Below, one piece after another: positions 10,054 to 18,982 of a stretch of DNA of 64,000 nucleotides (within the stretch, counting starts at the first letter, position 1; each line of letters opens with the position of its first letter). This stretch comes from Bdellovibrionota bacterium (lineage in GTDB: Bacteria; Bdellovibrionota; UBA1018; CAIPTA01; JAALKR01), in contig CBDBMJ010000003.1 in the NCBI GenBank assembly GCA_965207455.1, positions 384,001 through 448,000 on the forward strand, read 5' to 3'. The position numbers and the translations under genes were made by a program. The notes under the pieces were generated by a model, which worked only from the letters and a program-made list of their open reading frames with translations, had not been told where the DNA came from and made no database searches.

Positions 10054-11159
10054 ATGATGAAAAATAAGAAATTAAGCATTTTGTTTACAGCTATTGCTTT
10101 TTTGGTGCCTCAAAGTGGCTTTGCCGTAGATGAAAACTGTTATTCTCAAATGGACTATGAGATGGCAACTAAAAATATGAGAAACCTCTACCCAAACGCT
10201 AATCCTATGGAGAAGATACAGGGATATAGTTATGAATATATAACTATCGCTATCGCTTCTGGAAAACTGTGCGGCGCACATCTGAGCTATGCAGATTTGA
10301 GCGGTGCGGAACTGTGGCGTGCGGATCTGTGGCGTGCGGATCTAAGCGGTGCAAATCTGAGTGATGCGTATCTGACCTTTGCGAATCTAAGAAATGCAAA
10401 TCTGATCGGTGCGGATCTGTGGCGTGCGGATCTAAGAGGTGCAAATCTAAGTGATGCGGATCTGACCTTTGCGAATCTAAGAAATGCAAATCTGATCGGT
10501 GCGGATCTGAGTAATGCAAATCTAAGCGATGCAAATCTGCTCTATGCGAATCTAAGCGGTGCAAATCTGAATAATGCAAATCTGATCGGTGCGGATCTAA
10601 GCGGAGCAAATCTAAGCGGTGCAAATCTGTTCAGTGCGAATCTAAGCGGTGCGAATCTAAGCAGTGCGAATCTGAGAGAGGCAAAGCTGAACCGTGCAAA
10701 TCTGCTCCGTGCGAATCTAAGCGGTGCAAATCTGCTCAGTGCGGATCTAAGCGGTGCGGATCTGAGTAATGCAAATTTAAGCGGAGCAAATTTAAGCGTG
10801 CGGATCTAAGCGATGCGGATCTAAGCGATGCAAATCTGAATAATGCGTATCTGTGGGGTGCGGATCTAAGCGGTGCGGATCTAAGCGATGCGGATCTGTG
10901 GCGTGCGGATCTGACCTTTGCGAATCTAAGCAATGCAAATCTGCTCTATGCGAATCTAAGCGGTGCGGATCTGAGTAATGCAAATTTAAGCGGTGCGGAT
11001 CTGAGTAAAGCAAATTTAAGCGGTGCGTATCTGAGAGAGGCAAAGTTGGATAAAGAAGCTCGATGTGCGATAAGAAAATGGAATCAGATGGTAAGAGAGA
11101 TCAGGCAAGTAGAATTAGATAGTCTTGATGAAATCAAGGCATTTTTTCAGTGCCCTTAG
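10054..11159 (+). pseudogene. Secreted pentapeptide-repeat protein, copy 1 (52 repeats; 1-nt frameshift at about 10798)
   Basis: Signal peptide and A(D/N)Lxx repeats. The sequence 'agcgtgcg' lacks one base of 'agcggtgcg'. Adding 1 nt gives 368 aa with the same C-terminus (..KAFFQCP) as copies 2 and 3. Could be an assembly error. Confidence 0.85.
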
Positions 11160-11327
11160 GTTTGGGTTTAGTCAGAAAATTCCTATAAAAACGATCATTT
11201 ACAGAAATTCCCTAAAACCAGAAACTTTTAGTTTACTTTTTTAATTCGTTGTGTTATATTACGCAGTAAATAAATGGTTCCAAGGGATTTTTGAGACCGT
11301 AAAACTACAAAGAAAGAAGGAAAAATT

Positions 11328-12188
11328 ATGATGAAAAATAAGAAATTAAGCATTTTGTTTATAGCTATTGCTTTTTTGGTGCCTCAAAGTGGCTTTGCCG
11401 TAGATAAAAACTGTTATTCTCAAATGGACTATGAGATAGCAACTAAAAATATGAGAAACCTCTACCCAAACGCTAATCCTACGGAGAAGATACAGGGATA
11501 TGGTTATAAACATAAAACTATCGCTTCTGGAAAACTGTGCGGCGCACATCTGAGCTATGTAGATTTGAGAGGTGCGTATCTGTGGCGTGCGGATCTAAGC
11601 GGTGCAAATCTGACCTATGCAAATCTGAGTGATGCGGATCTGAGTAATGCAAATCTAAGCGGTGCGGATCTAAGCGATGCGGATCTGTGGCGTGCGGATC
11701 TAAGCGGTGCGGATCTAAGCGATGCAAATCTGAGTGATGCGGATCTGATCTTTGCGAATCTAAGCGGTGCGGATCTAAGCGATGCGGATCTGTGGCGTGC
11801 GGATCTAAGAGGTGCGGATCTAAGCGATGCGGATCTGTGGCGTGCGGATCTAAGAGGTGCGGATCTGAGCTTTGCGAATCTAAGCGGTGCAAATCTGATC
11901 GGTGCGGATCTGAGTAATGCAAATCTGATCGGTGCGGATCTAAGCGGTGCGAATCTAAGCGGAGCAAATCTGATCGGTGCGGATCTGATCGGTGCGGATC
12001 TGAGTAATGCAAATCTGATCGGTGCGGATCTGAGTAATGCAAATCTAAGCGGTGCGGATCTGAGAGAGGCAAAGTTGGATAAAGAAGCTCGATGTGCGAT
12101 AAAAAAATGGAATCAGACAGTAGGAGAGAATGCGCAAGCAGAATTAAGTTATGTTAATGAATTCAAGGCATTTTTTCAGTGCCCTTAG
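11328..12188 (+). CDS. Secreted pentapeptide-repeat protein, copy 2 (36 repeats)
   Basis: Sec-type signal [24 protein letters not shown], 36 consecutive A(D/N)Lxx-type units, and two Cys in each flanking cap. Confidence 0.93.
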   Translation: MMKNKKLSILFIAIAFLVPQSGFAVDKNCYSQMDYEIATKNMRNLYPNANPTEKIQGYGYKHKTIASGKLCGAHLSYVDLRGAYLWRADLSGANLTYANLSDADLSNANLSGADLSDADLWRADLSGADLSDANLSDADLIFANLSGADLSDADLWRADLRGADLSDADLWRADLRGADLSFANLSGANLIGADLSNANLIGADLSGANLSGANLIGADLIGADLSNANLIGADLSNANLSGADLREAKLDKEARCAIKKWNQTVGENAQAELSYVNEFKAFFQCP

Positions 12189-12351
12189 GTTTGGGTTTAG
12201 TCAGAAAATTCCTATAAAAACGATCATTTACAGAAATTTCCTAAAACCAGAAACTTTTAGTTTACTTTTTTAATTCGTTGTGTTATATTACGCAGTAAAT
12301 GGTTCCAAGGGATTTTTGAGACCGTAAAACTACAAAGAAAGAAGGAAAATT

Positions 12352-13287
12352 ATGATGAAAAATAAGAAATTAAGCATTTTGTTTATAGCTATTGCTTTTT
12401 TGGTGCCTCAAAGTGGCTTTGCCGTAGATAAAAACTGTTATTCTCAAATGGACTATGAGATAGCAACTAAAAATATGAGAAACCTCTACCCAAACGCTAA
12501 TCCTATGGAGAAGATACAGGGATATAGTTATGAATATATAACTATCGCTTCTGGAAAACTGTGCGGCGCACATCTGAGCTATGTAGATTTGAGAGGTGCG
12601 TATCTGTGGCGTGCGGATCTAAGCGGTGCAAATCTGACCTATGCAAATCTGATCGGTGCGGATCTGTGGCGTGCGTATCTAAGCGGTGCGAATCTAAGCG
12701 GAGCAAATCTAAGCGGTGCGGATCTAAACGATGCAAATCTGCTCTATGCGAATCTAAGCGGTGCAAATCTGTTCAGTGCGGATCTGAGTAATGCAAATCT
12801 AAGCGATGCGGATCTGTGGCATGCGGATCTGACCTTTGCGAATCTAAGCGGTGCAAATCTGAGTGATGCGGATCTGACCTTTGCGAATCTAAGCAATGCA
12901 AATCTGCTCTATGCGAATCTAAGCAATGCAAATCTGCTCAGTGCGAATCTAAGCGATGCGGATCTGTGGCGTGCGAATCTGACCTATGCAAATCTGATCG
13001 GTGCGGATCTGAGAGAGGCAAAGCTGAACCGTGCAAATCTGCTCCGTGCGAATCTAAGCGGTGCAAATCTGCTCAGTGCGAATCTAAGCGGTGCGAATCT
13101 GACCTATGCAAATCTGATCGGTGCGGATCTGAGTAATGCAAATTTAAGCGGTGCGGATCTGAGAGAGGCAAAGTTGGATAAAGAAGCTCGATGTGCGATA
13201 AAAAAATGGAATCAGACAGTAGGAGAGAGCAAGCAAGTAGAATTAGATAGTCTTGATGAAATCAAGGCATTTTTTCAGTGCCCTTAG
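12352..13287 (+). CDS. Secreted pentapeptide-repeat protein, copy 3 (41 repeats)
   Basis: Same architecture as copy 2, with 41 repeats in a different order. Confidence 0.93.
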   Translation: MMKNKKLSILFIAIAFLVPQSGFAVDKNCYSQMDYEIATKNMRNLYPNANPMEKIQGYSYEYITIASGKLCGAHLSYVDLRGAYLWRADLSGANLTYANLIGADLWRAYLSGANLSGANLSGADLNDANLLYANLSGANLFSADLSNANLSDADLWHADLTFANLSGANLSDADLTFANLSNANLLYANLSNANLLSANLSDADLWRANLTYANLIGADLREAKLNRANLLRANLSGANLLSANLSGANLTYANLIGADLSNANLSGADLREAKLDKEARCAIKKWNQTVGESKQVELDSLDEIKAFFQCP

Positions 13288-13394
13288 GTTTGGGTTTAGT
13301 CAGAAAATTCCTATAAAAACAATCATTTACAGTATGATTAAATACTTTAACACCTCAATATTCATTTAAAAGCCTGAATTTATAGGGAAAATAG

Positions 13395-13610
13395 CAGGGA
13401 TATGCTTATAAACATAAAACTATCGTTTCTGGAAAACTGTGCGGTGCGAATCTGACCTATGCAAATCTAAGCGGTGCGGATCTGAGAGAGGCAAAGTTGG
13501 ATAAAGAAGCTCGATGTGCGATAAAAAAATGGAATCAGACAGTAGGAGAGAGCAAGCAAGTAGAATTAGATAGTCTTGATGAAATCAAGGCATTTTTTCA
13601 GTGCCCTTAG
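13395..13610 (+). pseudogene. 5'-truncated pentapeptide-repeat gene remnant, copy 4 (4 repeats, no start codon)
   Basis: Reads [41 protein letters not shown]...FFQCP*. It is preceded by an in-frame TAG and has no signal peptide or cassette promoter. Confidence 0.88.
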
Positions 13611-13731
13611 ACTAAGATGGGTTCAGCTACAAGATAACAAATCTCTTGACCTGATGGCGTGTGCGTCTAGGGTTGTTTTTGTGTGAATAGCTATTAACTT
13701 TAGAGGTCCATGGTACCAAGCTCTTTGCCCA

Positions 13732-13747
13732 TGTTCCACGTGGAACA
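13732..13747. promoter_or_regulatory. parS: parS centromere-like site
   Basis: Perfect palindrome TGTTCCACGTGGAACA matching the chromosomal parS consensus, 1.5 kb upstream of parAB. Confidence 0.95.
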
Positions 13748-13766
13748 TTTAAAATACGCTAGGTAC

Positions 13767-13801
13767 AAAAAAGCCCTCTCTATTTCTAGAGAAGGCTTTT
13801 A
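13767..13801. terminator. Probable bidirectional intrinsic terminator
   Basis: AAAAAAGCCCTCTCTA-TTTC-TAGAGAAGGCTTTT hairpin with A and T tracts, between convergent genes. Confidence 0.7.
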
Positions 13802-13866
13802 GTGCAATTATAATAAACTATATAGTTTATTGTCTATATCAAAACTTTCAGTATCTTTTCAGAGAC

Positions 13867-14196
13867 TTAATAGTCGCCTTGATCATTGTCATCAGCAGCG
13901 TTTGCTTTACACTCGTTCAATCTTTTTTTCGACGCAGTGTAAACATGATCATCAGACATACCACCAAATAGCCATGCTAAAGTTGTAGTAGGCAATGCAA
14001 CGTAACTAAGCCCAGGCCAAATAAGTAGAGTAGCTTCATCATAACACGGATTACTACCCGCACTGCGTTCTACTGATTGCCACATCACATGTGGATTTTC
14101 CCATTCCTGTTCCTCTTCATATTCACTGTAGCCGATTGTTGGTGATGCTATAGCAAAAGCCATTAGCATTATTGTTAGTATATTTTTATTTTTCAT
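13867..14196 (-). CDS. Small secreted hypothetical protein
   Basis: Signal peptide MKNKNILTIMLMAFAIASPTIGYS, two Cys, GGGGAG upstream. Confidence 0.65.
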   Translation of the reverse strand: MKNKNILTIMLMAFAIASPTIGYSEYEEEQEWENPHVMWQSVERSAGSNPCYDEATLLIWPGLSYVALPTTTLAWLFGGMSDDHVYTASKKRLNECKANAADDNDQGDY

Positions 14197-14651
14197 CTCC
14201 CCAATTGACTCATAAAAATATGTGTCAAAATAGCTTTAAAAACAATAGATTGCGACTCCAAGAAAAACTTAGCATACTAAAAGAGTATGTTACATAGAGG
14301 ATCCACAACTTTATCATAGCAGCAGAGGGGTTAATTTTGTGGTTGTGGTCTATTTATGCAACAACACGATATTAAATTTGCAACTATATGTTTTTATTAA
14401 ATTAATTTGATTGCTTGGTCTCAAAGAGAGGGGTCGCCACACGCTTCCATGCTCTGCGAGCTCCTCTCACGTCAGCAAAAACATGAAATAAGTTGAAGTT
14501 ATTATGGGAGTTCTGCCGTTATTTAGAACGGTTATCTAACAAAACTCGCCTGACCGCTCGTCGTTAGCGAGGCACGCCTTAAATTAGAAAAAACGAGGTT
14601 TGCAATTAATGTGACACCGAAAAGAAGCGCCACATCATATATTTTTTATTT

Positions 14652-15041
14652 CTAAAGCGCACTATGTATAGAGTCTCTCAGGCTTTGGGTTATATTTTTG
14701 ACTGCCCGAGTTCTTTGCTTTGCCGTCAACTCGCTTGCTACGATATCCATCAGTTTGAGTGTCTCAACGAGCAAGAGGAGTTTTCCTTCTTTTGAATTCC
14801 CGATGCCGTAAAGGAGAGCCATAAAATAATAACTCTCTTCCTTTGTTAATCCCTCCATGCTGTTTTTTAGTATTTGCATTGTTTTGCCTTTTTCGTCTAC
14901 AGCCTTGAGCATATTTTCTGCAGTCAACTCATTAGCAGAACACACCCCCTCGTCAGACAACTCATCTTCTCCGTACGTGGGCGAAGCAGATACTCCTATA
15001 GCAAGTACTATTGTTATTATTGTTATTATTTTTTTACTCAT
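14652..15041 (-). CDS. Small secreted hypothetical protein
   Basis: Signal peptide MSKKIITIITIVLAIGVSASPTYG; AAGGAG upstream. Confidence 0.7.
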   Translation of the reverse strand: MSKKIITIITIVLAIGVSASPTYGEDELSDEGVCSANELTAENMLKAVDEKGKTMQILKNSMEGLTKEESYYFMALLYGIGNSKEGKLLLLVETLKLMDIVASELTAKQRTRAVKNITQSLRDSIHSAL

Positions 15042-15172
15042 TGTTCCATTCTCCTTTTATTGTTCCTGTTAATTTTACTGCCAATTTGCGCTGTGCAAAT
15101 TAAACCTTGCGTTAATTTAAAGAGTGTGTCAAGCGTTATTCCGTTTTTTTCTACCGACAATCCGCTTCTTGC

Positions 15173-15201
15173 TTGAGGAAGAGGGGGAAAACTCGTATTA
15201 T
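15173..15201 (+). promoter_or_regulatory. Putative sigma70-type promoter of parAB
   Basis: TTGAGG-N17-TATTAT, 30 nt upstream of the parA ATG. Confidence 0.45.
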
Positions 15202-15230
15202 GAAGGCTTAAACGAGGGTTTCTCCTATAC

Positions 15231-16079
15231 ATGGCGAAAGTAATTGCTATTATCAATCAAAAAGGCGGAGTGGGTAAAACAACCACAGCGATAAACTTGG
15301 CAGCGTCTTTTGCTGTCGCAGAGCACGAAACTCTGTTGCTGGATTTTGATCCCCAGGGGAACGCCACCAGCGGTCTGGGAATGTCCGATAAAATTAAAAA
15401 TAATAAAACAGTTTACCAGGCTCTCATCGGAGAATGCTCTTTGGAGGAAACGTTATTGCAAACGGAATTGTCGGAACTTTTTGTCGCGCCAGCGGATCGC
15501 AATTTAAGTGGAGCAGAAATAGAGTTGGTGGGAGAACTGGCACGGGAGTTTAAATTAAAAACAATGCTGGAACCCCTGTTAGATAAGTTCGACTATATAT
15601 TGTTGGACTGCCCCCCAAGTTTAAGCTTATTGACGATAAATGCACTAACGGCAGCAGACTCCTATCTTGTGCCACTACAAAGTGAATATTTTGCACTGGA
15701 AGGACTGTCTCAGTTGGAGTCCACCGTATCCTCCATTCAGAAATCATTAAATCCAGAACTAAAGCCAGAGGGAATTTTATTGACGATGTTTGATTCTCGC
15801 AACAACTTAGCAAAAGAAGTTTGCCAAGAGGCCCGAACCCACTTTGGAGATTTAGTTTTTCAAACACCCATCCCCCGAAACGTTCGCTTGAGTGAAGCTC
15901 CCAGCTACGGCAAACCAGTTTTGCTCTATGATATTGAGTCCAAGGGAGCAATGGCGTATTTGTCTGTGGCAAGAGAAATTATTCAAAATCAAGTGTCGGA
16001 AAAAAAACAAGCATCAACGTTTACCGAAACAAATATGCCTGGAAGAATGAATACATTTGAACAGGATCAAAGACTATAA
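15231..16079 (+). CDS. parA: Chromosome partitioning ATPase ParA/Soj
   Basis: [26 protein letters not shown] and [14 protein letters not shown]. Confidence 0.98.
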   Translation: MAKVIAIINQKGGVGKTTTAINLAASFAVAEHETLLLDFDPQGNATSGLGMSDKIKNNKTVYQALIGECSLEETLLQTELSELFVAPADRNLSGAEIELVGELAREFKLKTMLEPLLDKFDYILLDCPPSLSLLTINALTAADSYLVPLQSEYFALEGLSQLESTVSSIQKSLNPELKPEGILLTMFDSRNNLAKEVCQEARTHFGDLVFQTPIPRNVRLSEAPSYGKPVLLYDIESKGAMAYLSVAREIIQNQVSEKKQASTFTETNMPGRMNTFEQDQRL

Positions 16080-16093
16080 ATAGGAGGTAAGCA

Positions 16094-17011
16094 ATGGAAG
16101 AATTTTCAAACCTACGATTAAAAAAAGGCCCAGAAAAAGAACTGAGGAAGGGCCTAGGAAAGGGCCTTGCGAGCCTATTACCCGAACATACCACAGCTAT
16201 TGGAACGAGCAATACGGTATCGGGAAGAGTGTTGGGCATAAGCATGGTCAGCACCGACGCCATAGAGGTAAATACATTTCAACCACGCCAAGAATTTTCA
16301 TCCGAGAAATTAAAAGAACTTGCTGCCTCCATTGAAGCCAACGGTATTATCCAACCACTGATTGTGCGTAAAGTGAATGGTGCGCTTCATTTAATCGCCG
16401 GGGAAAGGCGACTTCGAGCCGCAAAAATGGCAGGCTTACAACAAATCCCAGTGGTGATTCGTCAGGGTACGGATAGGGAAGCTCTCGAACTTGCTTTGAT
16501 TGAAAATGTGCAAAGGGAGGATCTGAACTGTATTGAAGTGGGCTTGTCGTATTTTCAGTTGATGGAAGATTTTGGGCTCACCCAAGAAGAAGTGGCAAAG
16601 AGGGTGGGAAAAAATCGTAGCTCTGTTGCCAACCACACCCGTCTTTTGAAATTACCCGAAGAAATTATCGAAAGCCTAAGAAAGGGAACACTCACCTTTG
16701 GCCATGGAAAGGTACTTCTCAGTCTTACGGATACAGCACAAAAAATTCAACTCTATCGCAGTATTATGGAGCATAGACTCTCCGTTCGCGATACGGAGCA
16801 AAGGGCTTTGGAAATCCTAGCAGGAAAACCCAAGAAAGCAGCCAAGGGCATGTCCCCCGAACGGGAAGAATTACTTCACCTTTCCCAAAGACTGGGTCGC
16901 ACACTGGACACAAAAGTTGCTATCCAAGGCAAAGCCCAGCGGGGTACAATTGTTATAAAGTATTTTAACCGAAAAGATCTGGATCGTCTCAGCGCGATCT
17001 TATTGCAATAG
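16094..17011 (+). CDS. parB: Chromosome partitioning protein ParB/Spo0J
   Basis: LGKGLASLL, QPRQEF, GIIQP, IAGERRLRA and ENVQREDLN, plus an HTH region. Confidence 0.98.
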   Translation: MEEFSNLRLKKGPEKELRKGLGKGLASLLPEHTTAIGTSNTVSGRVLGISMVSTDAIEVNTFQPRQEFSSEKLKELAASIEANGIIQPLIVRKVNGALHLIAGERRLRAAKMAGLQQIPVVIRQGTDREALELALIENVQREDLNCIEVGLSYFQLMEDFGLTQEEVAKRVGKNRSSVANHTRLLKLPEEIIESLRKGTLTFGHGKVLLSLTDTAQKIQLYRSIMEHRLSVRDTEQRALEILAGKPKKAAKGMSPEREELLHLSQRLGRTLDTKVAIQGKAQRGTIVIKYFNRKDLDRLSAILLQ

Positions 17012-17018
17012 GAGGAAC

Positions 17019-17408
17019 ATGGCAAAAGCAAAAAAACCATCCGCACTTGGGGGAAGCTATGATCTCACAGGGGTGATCGATAAAGGCTCAGAATTTGAAG
17101 GCACCCTAAGTTTTGAAGGAACGTTTCGTATCGACGGTATTTTTCGTGGCCATATCTTTACCAAAGATATTTTAATCGTGGGAGAGGGAGCCACCGTTGA
17201 AGCCGAGGTAGAGGTTGGAACCCTTGTTATCAACGGCGCCTTTGTTGGAAATATCCGGGCAAGGGACAGAGTGGAGATTCATCGCCCGGCATCATTTCGA
17301 GGAAATATTGAAACTCCAAGCCTTATGGTGGACGATGGAGTTATATTTGAGGGAACATCTCAGATGAACCAGGGCGAGACGGAGAAAAGTGCCCCTGGGC
17401 AGGTATAA
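17019..17408 (+). CDS. Bactofilin (polymer-forming cytoskeletal protein)
   Basis: VIDKGSEFEGTLSFEGTFRIDGIFRGHI...GVIFEG beta-helical bactofilin pattern. Confidence 0.9.
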   Translation: MAKAKKPSALGGSYDLTGVIDKGSEFEGTLSFEGTFRIDGIFRGHIFTKDILIVGEGATVEAEVEVGTLVINGAFVGNIRARDRVEIHRPASFRGNIETPSLMVDDGVIFEGTSQMNQGETEKSAPGQV

Positions 17409-17495
17409 AAAACACTCTTCTCACCTCCATTCCTATTTTTGACGTGAAAAATACATTCCATACCGGCGCATTTTATGCTTATATTGGGCTGAATT

Positions 17496-17945
17496 ATGAT
17501 TGGAAATATATTAGGTCAGCTGGGTGTTGATAAAACCTTGTGGTTTCAGTTCGCACTGTTCCTAGTGGTTTATTTTTTTCTGAGAAAGCTTTATTTTCAA
17601 CCATTTCTAGCCCTCCTGGAGTGGCGCAAAAGCAATACAGTGGATAAGGTTGGGGAAGCCCAAAAAAGTGAGGCCCTAGCCCTAGAAAAGGAAAAAGAGT
17701 GCGAGAAGCTTCTATCCGCAGTTAAGCAAAAGGCAAGGGAGAGTGGAGAAGTTATTTGGACAGAAGCAAAAAATAAAGTAAGCGCGCAGGCAGAGGAAGC
17801 TCGTAAGAAAAATAAAAAGAAAATAGAAGAGGCAAGAACAAATAGCGCTAGGAACGCAAAAGAATCTGCGCAAGAGTTGGAACCCTCTGTGCAGAAGATT
17901 TCCCATCTTTTTTTAGACAAACTTATTAAGGGAGAAACAAAATAA
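17496..17945 (+). CDS. atpF: ATP synthase F0 subunit b'
   Basis: N-terminal TM helix, YFQPFLALLEWR, charged coiled coil; first gene of the atp cluster. Confidence 0.8.
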   Translation: MIGNILGQLGVDKTLWFQFALFLVVYFFLRKLYFQPFLALLEWRKSNTVDKVGEAQKSEALALEKEKECEKLLSAVKQKARESGEVIWTEAKNKVSAQAEEARKKNKKKIEEARTNSARNAKESAQELEPSVQKISHLFLDKLIKGETK

Positions 17946-18412
17946 TGTCGGCCCTTCATTTAATTCCCTTTGGGATTAATTTCACAATAACAGTAACGGC
18001 TCTGTTTTTTATTTTGAGAAAACCACTAAGAAAGTTCGTTTACCAACGGCACGAGAAAATAAAAGATTTAGTTCATTTTGCAAATAAAAGTGAAAAGGAA
18101 GCGCAAGATCGATTAGAGCAGGCAGAAAAATTATTATCCACGATGAGCGAAGAGGAAAAAAGAATAACAGCCCAAGAAATAGATAAAGCGCAAAGAAGAG
18201 CCAAAAGCTTGCTCGAAAAAAATGAAGAAAGCGTTCGCCGGATGGAAGCAGATGCCCAAAGAATTATTGAAAACGAAGCGAGACAGTTGGAAGAAGCCCT
18301 TTTCCTTTCTCTATTGAATCGAGCAGAGGGAAGTGCGAAAGAAAAAATTTCCAGCACAGTGAAAGAAAAAGAACAAAAGGAACTGCTTAAAAAAGCAGTT
18401 AACCAATTGTAG
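17945..18412 (+). CDS. atpF: ATP synthase F0 subunit b
   Basis: INF-TM helix, KPLRKFVYQRHEKI, coiled coil; precedes delta. Confidence 0.82.
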   Translation: MSALHLIPFGINFTITVTALFFILRKPLRKFVYQRHEKIKDLVHFANKSEKEAQDRLEQAEKLLSTMSEEEKRITAQEIDKAQRRAKSLLEKNEESVRRMEADAQRIIENEARQLEEALFLSLLNRAEGSAKEKISSTVKEKEQKELLKKAVNQL

Positions 18413-18431
18413 GATTGAGAAAGAGGAGCGT

Positions 18432-18965
18432 ATGTCAGATCCAGCGGTAGTATATTCCAAAGCAATTTTTGGTTCTGCCCAAAAGCACGGGAAAGTGGAT
18501 AAGGTGGGCAAAGACCTTGCGAATTTCCATAATGTTTGTCTTCTCTCCAAGGAGCTGAGATCAGTTTTGTACTTTTCCGTATTTTCTCGCAAGGATCGCA
18601 ACGCCATAGTGAAGGAAATATGTAAAAAAATAAAAGTGTTGGACTTGAGCGAGAAATTTTTGTTAGTACTTATTGAGAAAAACAGAATGAACTTACTTGC
18701 CCAAATTTTAAACAAGTATATGAGTTTCGAAGATATGGCCTCCAATGCGGTTTCTGGAACCTTGTCTTCAGCATTTCCCATGGCCTCAAAAGAAGTGGAA
18801 GCTGTATGTAAGAAGATTGGGGAAAGATTAAACCGTAAAGTGAAGTTAGAAACAAAAACACAGGAAGCTCTTTTGGGCGGCTTTGTGGTAAATGTGGGTG
18901 GAAAGATATTTGATGCCAGTGTAAGCACACAACTGGCTCGATTAAAAGAACATTGCGTGCAATAG
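18432..18965 (+). CDS. atpH: ATP synthase F1 subunit delta
   Basis: YSKAIF, LIEKNR and LLGGFVVNVGGKIFDASV. Confidence 0.93.
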   Translation: MSDPAVVYSKAIFGSAQKHGKVDKVGKDLANFHNVCLLSKELRSVLYFSVFSRKDRNAIVKEICKKIKVLDLSEKFLLVLIEKNRMNLLAQILNKYMSFEDMASNAVSGTLSSAFPMASKEVEAVCKKIGERLNRKVKLETKTQEALLGGFVVNVGGKIFDASVSTQLARLKEHCVQ

Positions 18966-18982
18966 AATAGAGGAGAAATATA

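Larger units (their letters stand above)
9916..13332 (+). repeat. Head-to-tail array of three promoter+gene cassettes (1270, 1029 and 1099 bp)
   Basis: Junction motif TAAAAACNNTCAYTTACAG at 9916, 11186, 12215 and 13314. Upstream regions, 5' coding and 3' coding segments are near-identical; lengths differ almost entirely by the number of 15-nt repeats. Confidence 0.95.

Noticed and set aside
10250..12766. Antisense His-rich (HRLDP-type) repeat ORFs
   Set aside because: An automatic consequence of stop-free 15-nt repeats; no RBS or independent evidence.
10276..13490. CRISPR array interpretation of the repeats
   Set aside because: The repeats are contiguous, in-frame coding units without unique spacers; no cas genes.
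13395..13610. Diversity-generating retroelement template repeat
   Set aside because: No reverse transcriptase in the window, and differences between copies are module rearrangements rather than adenine-specific substitutions.
14534..14570. Integron attC site (ATCTAAC...GTTAGCG)
   Set aside because: About 36 nt is too short, the R boxes are not fully complementary, and no integrase is seen. At most a fragment.
17463..17479. Possible sigma54 promoter before the atp cluster (CGGCGCATTTTATGCT)
   Set aside because: GG-N10-GC spacing fits, but the flanks match poorly and it is very close to the start codon.
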